From Alphaproteobacteria bacterium (GTDB lineage Bacteria; Pseudomonadota; Alphaproteobacteria; GCA-2731375): a stretch of DNA of 64,000 nt. The stretch is taken from positions 1,152,001 through 1,216,000 of the forward strand of contig CBDDPY010000002.1 of NCBI GenBank assembly GCA_965232515.1, read 5' to 3'. Shown here one piece after another: positions 1 through 9,132 of this stretch (its first letter is position 1; every line of letters starts with the position of its first letter). The position numbers and the translations under genes are program-made. The notes under the pieces were generated by a model. That model ran no database searches and was not told where the DNA came from. It saw nothing but the letters and a program-made list of their open reading frames with translations.

Positions 1-1515
1 CGCGGCCTGCGGGTGCCTGCCGCTCTGCCACTGCTGCCAGAGCTGTTCCTCGGGCGAGCCGTGATAGTCCAGATTGTCGCTGCCGAGATTGAGGTGGTAC
101 CACTTCAGCACGTCCTCGACCTCGGCCCCGCCGCAATTGCCCTGGAAGATCTGGTGCACCGGCAGCCAGGACTGCACGAACTTCTCGGGCTCATTATCGA
201 AGATGTCTTTGCAGCCGTCCGAGCAGAAGTGATAGCGGTCGCCGCCATAGACGCTGTCTCGGAAGCAGATCGTCGTCGGATCGTCCGGCTCGGTGAAGCC
301 CATGGGGATCTGACAGGTCGTGCAGAGCTGGGGAAGGGCGTTGTTGTAGAAGCGCTTGCCTTCCTTCGCCATCTCGCGCCACATCAGCAGGCGCGGCCGG
401 TAGAGCTTGTCGAAGGTCTCGGGATACTTCTCCGACAGCCAGTCCATGTGCGCGTCGTCGATGTCCCAGGTATGGAAGCCGGCGGCATGCGTGTACTGGT
501 AGAAGATCGCCCAGACCTCGTGGCTGATCCGGTCTTTTTCCTTGCGCGCGACGTCGGCGTATTTCGGCGGCCGGATGCCGTAGCGCGACAGGTCCTCGAA
601 CAGCGCGCCGCCCTGCTCCTCGAAATACATCTCCCAGGCTTCCTGCCAGGACATGATCTTCTTCGGCAGCATGTAGTCCATCATCATGCCGACCAGCGAC
701 AGCAGCCGGTAGCCGCGCCAGAACCACTTGTCGATCCAGCCCTGCACGATCGGCACGTTGGCCTCGTCCTGCTCGAGCATAAACTTGATGACCTCGAGGC
801 CGAGCGTCATGTGCCGCGACTCGTCCGACTGCGCCGAGAAGCCGAAGGTCACCGTCGCCAGATCGCCGTTGTAAGCGGCGCCCGACATGAACGGCACGAA
901 CAGCAGATTCGTCAGCACGTATTCGAACGAGAACGAGATCGAGGTCAGGAACTCGAACGGTCCGGCCGACACGGCATCATCGAAGAACGACTTCGGGACC
1001 GACAGGTACCAGACCCGGTCGTGCATGTGCTGCCAGTCGTGCAGGCCGTCGAAGTAACGGTTGTAGTGGCTGATGGTGTGGATCTGGGTCTGGGCGTGAC
1101 GCAGCTCGTCCAGCGACTGCATCTGCGCCGCGACGCGCGGACCGACGCCGCGCAGGTGCCGGCCGACATGGGCGAAGTGTCGATGCGCCATGTATTCCAG
1201 CGGCGACACGCCGGTCAGGAACAGCTTCACGGCGCTCAGATAGCGCGGATCGGTGAGGCCCAGATGACCGTTGTTCTGGGCGAAGGAGTCGATCACCGCG
1301 TAGAGCTTGCGCTCTTTTTCGGACTGGAACTTCCAATAGCTGTCCATGGTCAGCCGGAACGGATCTTCCCAGGCGTCCCAATCCTTGATCTTGATGCCCT
1401 CGAAGCTGTCGAACGGGAACACCTTGTCCATCGGCTGATAGGTGGTTTGCCAGTCGAGCCCGCGGGTCAGCAGCTCGTACTTCCGCTTCAGACCGAGTTT
1501 CTTCTTCCTGGCCAT
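1..1515 (-). CDS. dmpN: Phenol hydroxylase large (alpha/P3) subunit, DmpN-like; 3' end runs off the window
   Basis: Not in the ORF track because there is no stop in the window. Read from ATG at 1515: MARKKKLGLKRKYELLTRGLDWQTTYQP...WEDPFRLTMDSYWKFQSEKERKLYA; diiron motifs DELRH and DESRH; C-terminal YHFCSDGC; follows the dmpKLM-like genes. Confidence 0.93.
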   Translation of the reverse strand, partial: MARKKKLGLKRKYELLTRGLDWQTTYQPMDKVFPFDSFEGIKIKDWDAWEDPFRLTMDSYWKFQSEKERKLYAVIDSFAQNNGHLGLTDPRYLSAVKLFLTGVSPLEYMAHRHFAHVGRHLRGVGPRVAAQMQSLDELRHAQTQIHTISHYNRYFDGLHDWQHMHDRVWYLSVPKSFFDDAVSAGPFEFLTSISFSFEYVLTNLLFVPFMSGAAYNGDLATVTFGFSAQSDESRHMTLGLEVIKFMLEQDEANVPIVQGWIDKWFWRGYRLLSLVGMMMDYMLPKKIMSWQEAWEMYFEEQGGALFEDLSRYGIRPPKYADVARKEKDRISHEVWAIFYQYTHAAGFHTWDIDDAHMDWLSEKYPETFDKLYRPRLLMWREMAKEGKRFYNNALPQLCTTCQIPMGFTEPDDPTTICFRDSVYGGDRYHFCSDGCKDIFDNEPEKFVQSWLPVHQIFQGNCGGAEVEDVLKWYHLNLGSDNLDYHGSPEEQLWQQWQSGRHPQAA

Positions 1516-1526
1516 GATGGCGCTCC

Positions 1527-1796
1527 TCAGTTCCAGGCGATGACGAACTGGTCGTCGTCTTCGTCGATATTGCCGGACAGCGAGATCATGCTGAGATGGA
1601 TCTCCTGCACGTCCCATTCGCGGCCCAGACGTTCCGAGACGCTGTCCTGCTTGATGACCAGGCGGCCGGGACAGTCGATCTTGACCATCGACGGGAAGTC
1701 GGCGATTTCGGCCGTGGGGTTGTCGGCGCGGATGGCGTCGATGATCGGCCGGGCGTCGCCCGTGTTCTGCAGCGTGATCGAGACATTGCGGCTCAT
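1527..1796 (-). CDS. dmpM: Phenol hydroxylase regulatory/effector subunit (P2, MmoB/DmpM family)
   Basis: 89 aa MSRNVSITLQ...IRADNP...PSMVKIDCPGRL...ISLSGNIDEDDD; position between the L and N subunits. Confidence 0.92.
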   Translation of the reverse strand: MSRNVSITLQNTGDARPIIDAIRADNPTAEIADFPSMVKIDCPGRLVIKQDSVSERLGREWDVQEIHLSMISLSGNIDEDDDQFVIAWN

Positions 1797-1810
1797 GGCG
1801 GCTCCCCCTG

Positions 1811-2812
1811 TCACTGCACGTTCAGGCCGGCGGACGCGGCGCGGCCGTTGAGATCGTCGGCCACGGCGGCAACGGCTGCCGATCCCTCCGCGTCGAGCAC
1901 GTGGTCGGCCAGCGGCCGCGCGGCCTCGACCGCGCGCGACGACCAGCTCGCGAACCAGTCATCAAGCCGTGCCTTGTTGGCATCCGACTCGGCCGCGGCG
2001 GTCTTGACGCAGGCGTCGACCCAGCGCCGGCTGTCCTTGAACCACTCGACCATGAACTCGGACAGCATGGTGAAGGCGGCGCCGTTGTGGTTCAGGCCCT
2101 CGTCGTCGAATTTGTCGAACAGCAAGGGATGCAGGATGCCGTCCATGGCGAGGTTCTGGGCGACGAAGACCTCGAACCAGTCGTCGACCACGAAGCTGTC
2201 CTCCAGCATCTGGCGGATGCCTTGCCAGTGCGACGCGTCGAGCCAGGCCGTCTTGCCGGCCGTCAGCGAGTCCCCTGTATTGCCGTCCAGCGCCAGACCG
2301 ATGCGGCCAATGATCTGCGCCATGCCCAGACGGTCGGCCGCGTGGAACGCCGCCGCTGAGGTGATCTGCGTGCCATAGCCATAGTCGGCGATCAGGAAAT
2401 TGTTCTGGTTGGCGCCCCATTCGAAGTGACGCAACGGGACCAGATAGTCCTGCACCTTCTGCCGCCATTCCGGCGCCACGCGGGTCAGCATGTCGCGGTC
2501 CTCGACGGTGTCGAAGTTCGCGTCCAATGCCTGGTGCATGGTCGCGCGGGAGATGTTGTAGGTGGCGTAGTAGAACTGCCGCGGGTCCTTGAAGGCATAC
2601 CAGTCGGCCATCTCGATGGCTGTGCGTCGGGTATCGTGGATTTCGTACCCTGGCGCCCAGACCGGCCGGTAGTGAAAGTTCGCCCGCGCCTGCACGTCAT
2701 AGGTCGCCTCTTCATAGCGCGTCGCCGGACGGTCCTCGCCGAACCGGCGCGCCAGATAGGCGAAGGTCTGGCGGCGGGGCGCAATATCGATGGTTTGGAT
2801 CTGCAGGCTCAC
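1811..2812 (-). CDS. dmpL: Phenol hydroxylase beta subunit (P1)
   Basis: RPATRYEEATYDVQ, NFHYRPVW, DWYAFKDPRQFYYATY; GTG start at 2812 overlaps the upstream stop (GTGA). Confidence 0.92.
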   Translation of the reverse strand: MSLQIQTIDIAPRRQTFAYLARRFGEDRPATRYEEATYDVQARANFHYRPVWAPGYEIHDTRRTAIEMADWYAFKDPRQFYYATYNISRATMHQALDANFDTVEDRDMLTRVAPEWRQKVQDYLVPLRHFEWGANQNNFLIADYGYGTQITSAAAFHAADRLGMAQIIGRIGLALDGNTGDSLTAGKTAWLDASHWQGIRQMLEDSFVVDDWFEVFVAQNLAMDGILHPLLFDKFDDEGLNHNGAAFTMLSEFMVEWFKDSRRWVDACVKTAAAESDANKARLDDWFASWSSRAVEAARPLADHVLDAEGSAAVAAVADDLNGRAASAGLNVQ

Positions 2813-3105
2813 GGGCGTTCTCCCTGGTGCGGTTGGGGAGGGGTGGTGTGTTCGGTCGCATCGACGCGGCCGACCTGGGCCTCGCGCCACCAGAAGGTCT
2901 CGACGACATTCATCGCGGCTGGCGGTGGGGGCAGCATCACGGCGTCGTTGGCGCGGCAGAATTCACGGAACGCATCGACCGGCATGACCAGCTCGACCGT
3001 CAGATCCGCGTCGTTGACCGAGAATTCGAACTCGACGAAGCGGTCGCGGCGGGTGCCGGTCACACGGACATATTTGCGATCGATGCTTGGCGCGCTTCCG
3101 CCCAC
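2809..3105 (-). CDS. dmpK: Phenol hydroxylase assembly subunit (P0)
   Basis: KYVRVTG...FVEFEFSVNDADLTVELVMPVDAFREFC motif; GGAGGAG RBS before GTG at 3105 (ORF open to 3204). Confidence 0.88.
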   Translation of the reverse strand: MGGSAPSIDRKYVRVTGTRRDRFVEFEFSVNDADLTVELVMPVDAFREFCRANDAVMLPPPPAAMNVVETFWWREAQVGRVDATEHTTPPQPHQGERP

Positions 3106-3206
3106 GCTGCCCACTCCTCCCAAGCCGCGGTCCTTGGCGCGGATGACGGGGTTGTCCCCTGTCGGTTTTCGCGGCGGCAACGTTGCGCCCGCCGCATTAG
3201 GCAAAC

Positions 3207-3264
3207 ATGAAACAGTCCATTTTCTCGACTGTCAACGTTTTTATCGATATTTTTAGATTTTCGA
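3207..3264 (-). promoter_or_regulatory. Candidate sigma-70 promoter of the dmp operon overlapped by TCGA-centred operator-like sites
   Basis: Minus strand TTGACA (3230-3235), 17 nt spacer, TTTCAT; TCGA cores at about 3225, 3244 and 3261, including the palindrome TATCGATA at 3242-3249. Confidence 0.4.
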
Positions 3265-3383
3265 GCAATTTCGTGACAACAGCGATTTTCTGACGTATAA
3301 GTCAATTCGCCTCGAGGGTGGGGAGGGGGAGATATATGATCCGCCGTTCGGTCGACGGCGGGAAAATGGGGACGACGACGTCC

Positions 3384-4103
3384 ATGGCAGACGCAATCAT
3401 TCCGGCCACGTCGAACAACGGTCTGAAGACCGGCGGCAACGGCGACGCTTCCAAGACGATCATCGAAGCGGTCTACAACGAGCTGCGCGAGCGCATCGTC
3501 TCCGGCGCCATCGCGCCCGAGACCAAGCTTCGCGTCGAGCCGCTGCGTCAGGAGTTCGGCGTCAGCGCCACCACGGTGCGCGAGGCGCTGGCCAGGCTAT
3601 CCGCCGAGACCCTGGTCACCAGCGAGAGCCAGCGCGGCTTCCGGGCGGCGCCGATTTCGCTCGAGGACTTCCGGCAGATCACGCAACTCCGGGCAATCCT
3701 GGAAAAGGCCGCCGTGATCGAGGCGGCGGAGCGGGGCGACGACGAGTGGGAGGCCTCCGTCGTCGCGGCGTTTCACAAGCTGTCGAAGATCGAGCTGGCG
3801 ATGAAATCGGACCCCAAAGGCCATGCCGCCGAGTGGGAGCAGCGCAACCGGGACTTCCATCAGGCGCTGATCCAGGCCTGCGGCAATACCTGGCTGTTCC
3901 ATCTGCGCGACATCCTGCTGACGCAGACCAGCCGCTACCTCCGCATCGCGGTCGCCACCTCGGCCGACCGGCGCGATGTGCACGCCGAGCACGTGGCCAT
4001 CTACGAGGCCGCGCTGGCCCGAGACGCCGAAAAGGTCGGCGAACTGATCGAGCAGCACATCTGCCGCACGCTCGACTTCGTCACCGACGCCGCCACGGGC
4101 TGA
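3384..4103 (+). CDS. GntR/FCD family transcriptional regulator divergent from the phenol hydroxylase operon
   Basis: wHTH (YNELRERIVSG...FGVSATTVREALARL) plus FCD domain (NRDFHQAL, AEHVAIYEA); start uncertain (3336/3366/3384). Confidence 0.9.
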   Translation: MADAIIPATSNNGLKTGGNGDASKTIIEAVYNELRERIVSGAIAPETKLRVEPLRQEFGVSATTVREALARLSAETLVTSESQRGFRAAPISLEDFRQITQLRAILEKAAVIEAAERGDDEWEASVVAAFHKLSKIELAMKSDPKGHAAEWEQRNRDFHQALIQACGNTWLFHLRDILLTQTSRYLRIAVATSADRRDVHAEHVAIYEAALARDAEKVGELIEQHICRTLDFVTDAATG

Positions 4104-4135
4104 CGCGCAGAATTCGAGAATTGTCGAGAGGCGTT

Positions 4136-4169
4136 TTCGGGGACCGCCGGCACGCGACGGTCCCCCGAA
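4136..4169. terminator. Hairpin between the convergent gntR and sodB genes
   Basis: TTCGGGGACCG...CGGTCCCCCGAA imperfect inverted repeat. Confidence 0.5.
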
Positions 4170-4181
4170 CGATTAGCCGAA

Positions 4182-4781
4182 CTAGGCCTTCGCCAAGTTC
4201 TCGGCGGCGAAGTCCCAGTTCACCAGGTCATCAAGGAAGGCCTTGATGTAATCGGGCCGGCGGTTCTGGAAGTCGAGGTAGTAGGCGTGCTCCCAGACAT
4301 CCAGCGTGATCAGCGGCGTCTGGCCGTGCGCCACCGGCGTGTCGGCGTTGCCGGTCTTGGTGACCGCCAAGCCGTCGCCATCGACCACCAGCCAGGCCCA
4401 GCCGCTGCCGAATTGCGTGGTCGCGGCCTGGGTGAAGGCTTCGGCAAAGGCATCGAAGCTGCCGAATGACGCGTCGATCCTGGCCGCGAGATCGCCCGAC
4501 GGTGTACCACCGCCGCCCGGTCGCATCGAGTGCCAGTAGAAGGTGTGGTTCCAGATCTGCGCGGCGTTGTTGAAGATGCCTGCCTTCTCGGCATCGCCAG
4601 CCGTCTCTGTGATGATCTGCTCCAAGGTCTTGTCGGCCAGCGGGCCGTCCTTGGTCAGGCTGTTCAAGTTATTGACATAGGTGGCATGGTGTTTGCCGTG
4701 ATGGAACTCCAACGTACGGCTACTGATATGCGGATCAAGTCCGTCGCCGCTGTAGGGAAGATCGGGTAACGCGAAAGCCAT
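4182..4781 (-). CDS. sodB: Fe/Mn superoxide dismutase
   Basis: MAFALPDLPY, HHGKHH, NNAAQIWNHTFYW, FGSGWAW, DVWEHAYY. Confidence 0.95.
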   Translation of the reverse strand: MAFALPDLPYSGDGLDPHISSRTLEFHHGKHHATYVNNLNSLTKDGPLADKTLEQIITETAGDAEKAGIFNNAAQIWNHTFYWHSMRPGGGGTPSGDLAARIDASFGSFDAFAEAFTQAATTQFGSGWAWLVVDGDGLAVTKTGNADTPVAHGQTPLITLDVWEHAYYLDFQNRRPDYIKAFLDDLVNWDFAAENLAKA

Positions 4782-4870
4782 GACATACTCCTCCGTCTTC
4801 GACTGTGCGGCGTTTCCTCCAGGATCGATATGGTGTCGGCCGACGGTTTCGGCACGGCCGTTGGACGAAG

Positions 4871-4897
4871 AAAAACCGGGGCCGAACGGCCCCGGTT
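4871..4897 (-). terminator. Rho-independent terminator after the PuuD-like gene
   Basis: ACCGGGGCCG-AA-CGGCCCCGGT stem followed by a T-run on the minus strand. Confidence 0.7.
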
Positions 4898-4920
4898 CAA
4901 GACGCTTCGTGAAGCGAAGA

Positions 4921-5520
4921 CTAGAACAGATTTTGCGCCGAGACCATGGAGAACAGCATCGGCACCGACAACATCGTGTTGGTGCGCGAGAACAGCATCG
5001 CGGTCCGCGCCGATTTGGCTTTTGTGTCGGCGTCGGCATCGACGATGCCCAACGCCTTCTTCTGGTTCGGCCAGATCACGAACCAGACGTTGAACCACAT
5101 GATCGCGCCTAGCCACATGCCGATGCCGATCATCGTGTGCTTGGCTACCTGATCCGTCAGGCCGATGGCGATGGCGTCGACGAGATAGCCGTTCAAATGC
5201 GCCAGGATCAGGCCGGTGATGATCGTGGCCATGGCACCCCAGCGGAACCAGAACAACGCCGCCGGCGCGATCACCTTGCCAATCGCCGGCTTCTGTTCGT
5301 CAGGGATGTTCGGCATGTTCGGGATCTGCACGAAGTTGAAGTACCAGAGCAGGCCGATCCACATCACGCCGCTCAAGACATGAAGCCAGCGGAAGAAGAA
5401 CGACCAGAACGCCAAGTCAACAGCGCCCTCGGCCATGCCGAGATAGATCAGGAACAAGATGATCGCCAGGACAACGCCCGCGATCACGGTGTTGGTTAAC
5501 GACGTCAGAATTGCAGCCAA
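4921..5520 (-). CDS. PuuD-like (urate hydroxylase N-terminal) membrane protein
   Basis: RWLHVLSGVMWIGLLWYFNFVQ, ALFWFRWGA, NVWFVIWPNQKK, SRTN; multiple TM segments; no cytochrome c domain. Confidence 0.75.
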   Translation of the reverse strand: MAAILTSLTNTVIAGVVLAIILFLIYLGMAEGAVDLAFWSFFFRWLHVLSGVMWIGLLWYFNFVQIPNMPNIPDEQKPAIGKVIAPAALFWFRWGAMATIITGLILAHLNGYLVDAIAIGLTDQVAKHTMIGIGMWLGAIMWFNVWFVIWPNQKKALGIVDADADTKAKSARTAMLFSRTNTMLSVPMLFSMVSAQNLF

Positions 5521-5818
5521 TGGTCAATCCCTCCCGAGTGGTTTTGGACGAGCGGAGTTTTTCTGTCGCGCCCCCAAAAATTAGAGCGTGTCTAGACTAG
5601 CATAGGACAATGTGCCACCAACACAGCCGCCGGCCCCACGTACCGGACGGAGCGAACAGCGGCGTCGGCGTCAATCCGGCCATCCGCCTTGATTTTGCGC
5701 CGATCAGATGCTCGAAGGAAGGCGATTGGAGCGCCGACAGACCAGGGACTATATTGCCGGCCGCCATGCCACATCTCGCCGAATCGCCAGCCCCCAGTTA
5801 CAACTTTGCCGAGGTGGC

Positions 5819-6667
5819 ATGACCGCCGACGACGCCGCGATCTATTGCCTCGATCAGGTGCGTCGCGATGACCGTGACCGCTATGTCGCGACCTTGCTGG
5901 CGCCGGCGCACGCCCGCGAAGCCTTGTTCGCCCTCTACGCTTTCAATCTTGAGATCGCAAAAACCCGCGAAACCGTCTCGGAAGCTCTGCTGGGCGAAAT
6001 CCGACTGCAATGGTGGCGCGAAACGATCGACGGCCTGTTTGCCGGAACGCCGCGCCAGCACCAGGTCGTAAGCGCCCTCGATCGGGCGATCCGCGCCCAC
6101 GACCTGCCGCGCGCGCCGTTCGATGCCCTGATCGAGTCGCGTGCCCGCGATCTGGTCGATACGCCGTTCGCCGACATGGCCGAACTCGAAGACTATGCCG
6201 AAGCCACGACGGCAAACCTCCACTACCTTGCGCTCAAGACACTCGACCCACCTATCGGCGCTGCCCGGTCCGCAACGCGCGACGTCGCGATTGGATGGGC
6301 GCTGATCGGTCTGATGCGGGCGCTGCCGCATCACGCGGGCCAACGACGGCACCACCTGCCGGCGGATCTGCTGGCCAGCGCGGGCGTGCCGGATGAAGAC
6401 GTCTATCGGGGCCGCTTCACACCAGCCATGGGCCGCGTGGTCGAAGCCGTGGTCGCGACGGCAAGATCCCGGCTGGCCAGCGCCAGAGCAATGAAGGGCG
6501 GCCTGCCGACACGGGTACGGCGATCCTTGCTTTTGGCGGCGCTTGCCGACGCCTATGCCGACCGGATCGAACGGGGCGGCTTCAACCCATTTGGCGCGGA
6601 CATGCGCATCAGCGATTTGGGCCGACCTCTACGGCTGCTGTGGCTGGCCTGGCAGGGACGATACTAG
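5819..6667 (+). CDS. Squalene/phytoene synthase family protein (NDUFAF6-like)
   Basis: DRDRYVATL, ALYAFNLEIA, GEIRLQWWRE, LEDYAEAT. Confidence 0.85.
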   Translation: MTADDAAIYCLDQVRRDDRDRYVATLLAPAHAREALFALYAFNLEIAKTRETVSEALLGEIRLQWWRETIDGLFAGTPRQHQVVSALDRAIRAHDLPRAPFDALIESRARDLVDTPFADMAELEDYAEATTANLHYLALKTLDPPIGAARSATRDVAIGWALIGLMRALPHHAGQRRHHLPADLLASAGVPDEDVYRGRFTPAMGRVVEAVVATARSRLASARAMKGGLPTRVRRSLLLAALADAYADRIERGGFNPFGADMRISDLGRPLRLLWLAWQGRY

Positions 6668-7614
6668 CGGTTCAGAATCTGGTCGAGTCGCTCGTCTTCC
6701 ACATCGACGTCAAGCTGCACCCACAGGGGAAGATGGTCCGAGAGCTGGTAGGTAAAGTCGCGCTTGCTCAGGTTGGGAAACAGCTTGCGGTGGTTGCCGG
6801 CATAGAAATCGAGCACGCCCCCATGATCGGTGAAGCTCTTCACGAACCGCGGGTAATGCAGAATTTGATCGTATCGCTTGTTCTTCTTCAGGTTGCTGCC
6901 GTGCTCTCCCGTCAGCGACGCCGGCACCCTCAAACCTTTGCTGGTGATCGCGGCAAACAGTGGGTCGCTGGCCTTGATCGAAGGGATGTTGAAATCCCCC
7001 ATGACGATGATGTCTTTCTCTCGAACATCGCGACGACGTTGAAGTTTGTCGATCCATTCAGCGAGCAGCTTCAGCGGCGCGATCCGCTCGCTGTTGCGGT
7101 CGCCCCAGCGGATGTGGGCGGTCACCAAAATGAAGTCGAAACTCCCCGCGCGGAACGACGCGATATAGGGCGATCGCCACCATGAAAACTTCGAGACATA
7201 TTCGCCGTTCGGGGCCTTCCGGCGCGGTGCGTCCGCTTCGGCTGCCAGGCCAGTGAAGGCGACGGCGCGCTGATCGTACAGATAGGCCATCCGTTCCCGG
7301 TTCCCACCCGCATCTTGGATGAAATCGGAATAGACGACACGCCAGTAGGGGCCAAGAACGTCCATGACCCGTCGCAGATCCTCGAGACCGACCCGTAGCT
7401 CGGTGATGGCGATCAGATCAAACTGGTTGAGAATTTCGGCGATGTAGTGAATGGCCGCTTTTTGGCGTCGTTTCCGACCAAACTCCCGGATGTTCCAGGT
7501 CGCCAGATTGATCGATTCGTCGAGCGACGACGACGGGATCCCAGCCGCGCCGATGCGGCGGCGCAGCTCCCGCAACCCCTTGGCGATCCCGGGACCGATC
7601 CTTCCGTGTTGCAT
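6664..7614 (-). CDS. Endonuclease/exonuclease/phosphatase (DNase I-like) family protein
   Basis: ATWNIREF, ITE, MGDFN, YDQI, LSDHLPLW motifs. Confidence 0.88.
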   Translation of the reverse strand: MQHGRIGPGIAKGLRELRRRIGAAGIPSSSLDESINLATWNIREFGRKRRQKAAIHYIAEILNQFDLIAITELRVGLEDLRRVMDVLGPYWRVVYSDFIQDAGGNRERMAYLYDQRAVAFTGLAAEADAPRRKAPNGEYVSKFSWWRSPYIASFRAGSFDFILVTAHIRWGDRNSERIAPLKLLAEWIDKLQRRRDVREKDIIVMGDFNIPSIKASDPLFAAITSKGLRVPASLTGEHGSNLKKNKRYDQILHYPRFVKSFTDHGGVLDFYAGNHRKLFPNLSKRDFTYQLSDHLPLWVQLDVDVEDERLDQILNR

Positions 7615-7728
7615 CCTGCCCCCTCGGCAACATCTACGGCTGTGGATCCTGTAACTTGATGCTACACGATTGTGAAAGGAAAGAGCAACGCAACCAATCC
7701 CGCCATCCCGACGATGGATGCCGTGATC

Positions 7729-9084
7729 CTACTCGGCCGCGTCGCGCGTCCGGCCCAGCCAGGCATCGAGATCGCTGAGTGCGCGGGCGCTCATGGCCGG
7801 CTTGCGCTGCTTCTTGTGCACGCGCGCGCTGAGAGGCGGCAACAACCCGAAATTTATGTTCATGGGCTGGAAGGTCTTGGCGTCGGCGCCGCCGGTAATA
7901 TGCGCCAGCAGCGCGCCCAGCGTCGTCGTCGGAGGTGGCAGGTCCGGCGCCCGGTGAAGTCGCTCGGCCGCGGCGAAGCGGCCGGTCAGCAGGCCGATGG
8001 CTGCACTCTCGATATAGCCCTCGACGCCGGTGATCTGGCCGGCGAAGCGCAGCCGCGGCATGGCCCGCAGCCGGCAGCTCGCATCCAACAGCTTCGGGCT
8101 GTTGATGAAGGTGTTGCGATGGATGCCGCCGAGCCGGGCGAACTGCGCGTTCTCGAGCCCGGGAATGGTCCGGAAAACCTCGACCTGGGCGCCGTGCTTC
8201 AGCTTGGTCTGGAAACCGACGATGTTGTAGAGCGTGCCGAGCGCGTTGTCCTGGCGTAGCTGGACGACGGCATGGGGTTTCTCGGGCCGGTGCGGATCGG
8301 TCAGGCCGACCGGTTTCATCGGGCCGTGTCGTAGCGTTTCCGGGCCGCGCTCCGCCATCACCTCGATCGGCAGACAGCCCTCGAAATAAGGCGTGTCGGC
8401 CTCCCAGTCCTTGAACGCGGTCTTCTCGCCGTCGGTCAGGGCGGCGATGAAGGCGTCGTACTGCGCCTTGTCGAGCGGACAGTTGATGTAGTCCTTGCCG
8501 TCGCCGCCGGGGCCCGGCTTGTCGTAGCGAGACTGGAACCAGGCTTTCGAGAAGTCGATCGACTCCTTGTAGACGATGGGCGCGATGGCATCGAAGAAGG
8601 CGAGCGACTCCTCGCCCGTCAACGCGGCGATGGCTTGGGCCAGGGCAGGGGAGGTCAAGGGTCCGGTGGCGATGATGACATTGTCCCAGTCTGCCGGCGG
8701 CAGGCCGTCGACCTCGCCGCGCACAACCTCGATCAGCGGCTCGGCCGCGATGGCGTCCGAGACCGCCGCGGCGAACCCGTCACGGTCCACGGCGAGCGCG
8801 CCGCCGGCCGGCACCTTGTTGGCATCGCCCGCCGACAGGATCAGCGAGTTGCAACGCCGCATTTCCTCGTGCAGCAGGCCGACGGCGTTGTTCTCGGCAT
8901 CGTCCGAGCGAAATGAGTTGGAACACACCAGCTCGGCCAGCCGATCGGTATGGTGGGCATCCGTTTTCCGGACCGGTCGCATCTCGTGCAGCACGACCGG
9001 TACGCCCAGCCGGGCCGCCTGCCAGGCCGCCTCCGATCCGGCCAAGCCGCCGCCGATAATGTGGATCACGGGCGATGTTGTCAT
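7729..9084 (-). CDS. trmFO: Folate/FAD-dependent tRNA (uracil-54) methyltransferase
   Basis: [49 protein letters not shown]. Confidence 0.96.
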   Translation of the reverse strand: MTTSPVIHIIGGGLAGSEAAWQAARLGVPVVLHEMRPVRKTDAHHTDRLAELVCSNSFRSDDAENNAVGLLHEEMRRCNSLILSAGDANKVPAGGALAVDRDGFAAAVSDAIAAEPLIEVVRGEVDGLPPADWDNVIIATGPLTSPALAQAIAALTGEESLAFFDAIAPIVYKESIDFSKAWFQSRYDKPGPGGDGKDYINCPLDKAQYDAFIAALTDGEKTAFKDWEADTPYFEGCLPIEVMAERGPETLRHGPMKPVGLTDPHRPEKPHAVVQLRQDNALGTLYNIVGFQTKLKHGAQVEVFRTIPGLENAQFARLGGIHRNTFINSPKLLDASCRLRAMPRLRFAGQITGVEGYIESAAIGLLTGRFAAAERLHRAPDLPPPTTTLGALLAHITGGADAKTFQPMNINFGLLPPLSARVHKKQRKPAMSARALSDLDAWLGRTRDAAE

Positions 9085-9132
9085 GCCCGCTAGATACCCG
9101 CGCGTCCGGATGCTTGCAACCGGGACGGCGAA

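Noticed and set aside
13-1851. 612 aa + strand ORF, and similar long antisense ORFs (12357-13943, 15387-17648, 54191-56101, 60226-61698)
   Set aside because: Shadow ORFs opposite well-supported genes in GC-rich DNA; no recognisable motifs.
3264-3279. Sigma-54 promoter for the dmp operon (TTGTCACGAAATTGC on the minus strand)
   Set aside because: The invariant -24 GG is missing (TG instead).
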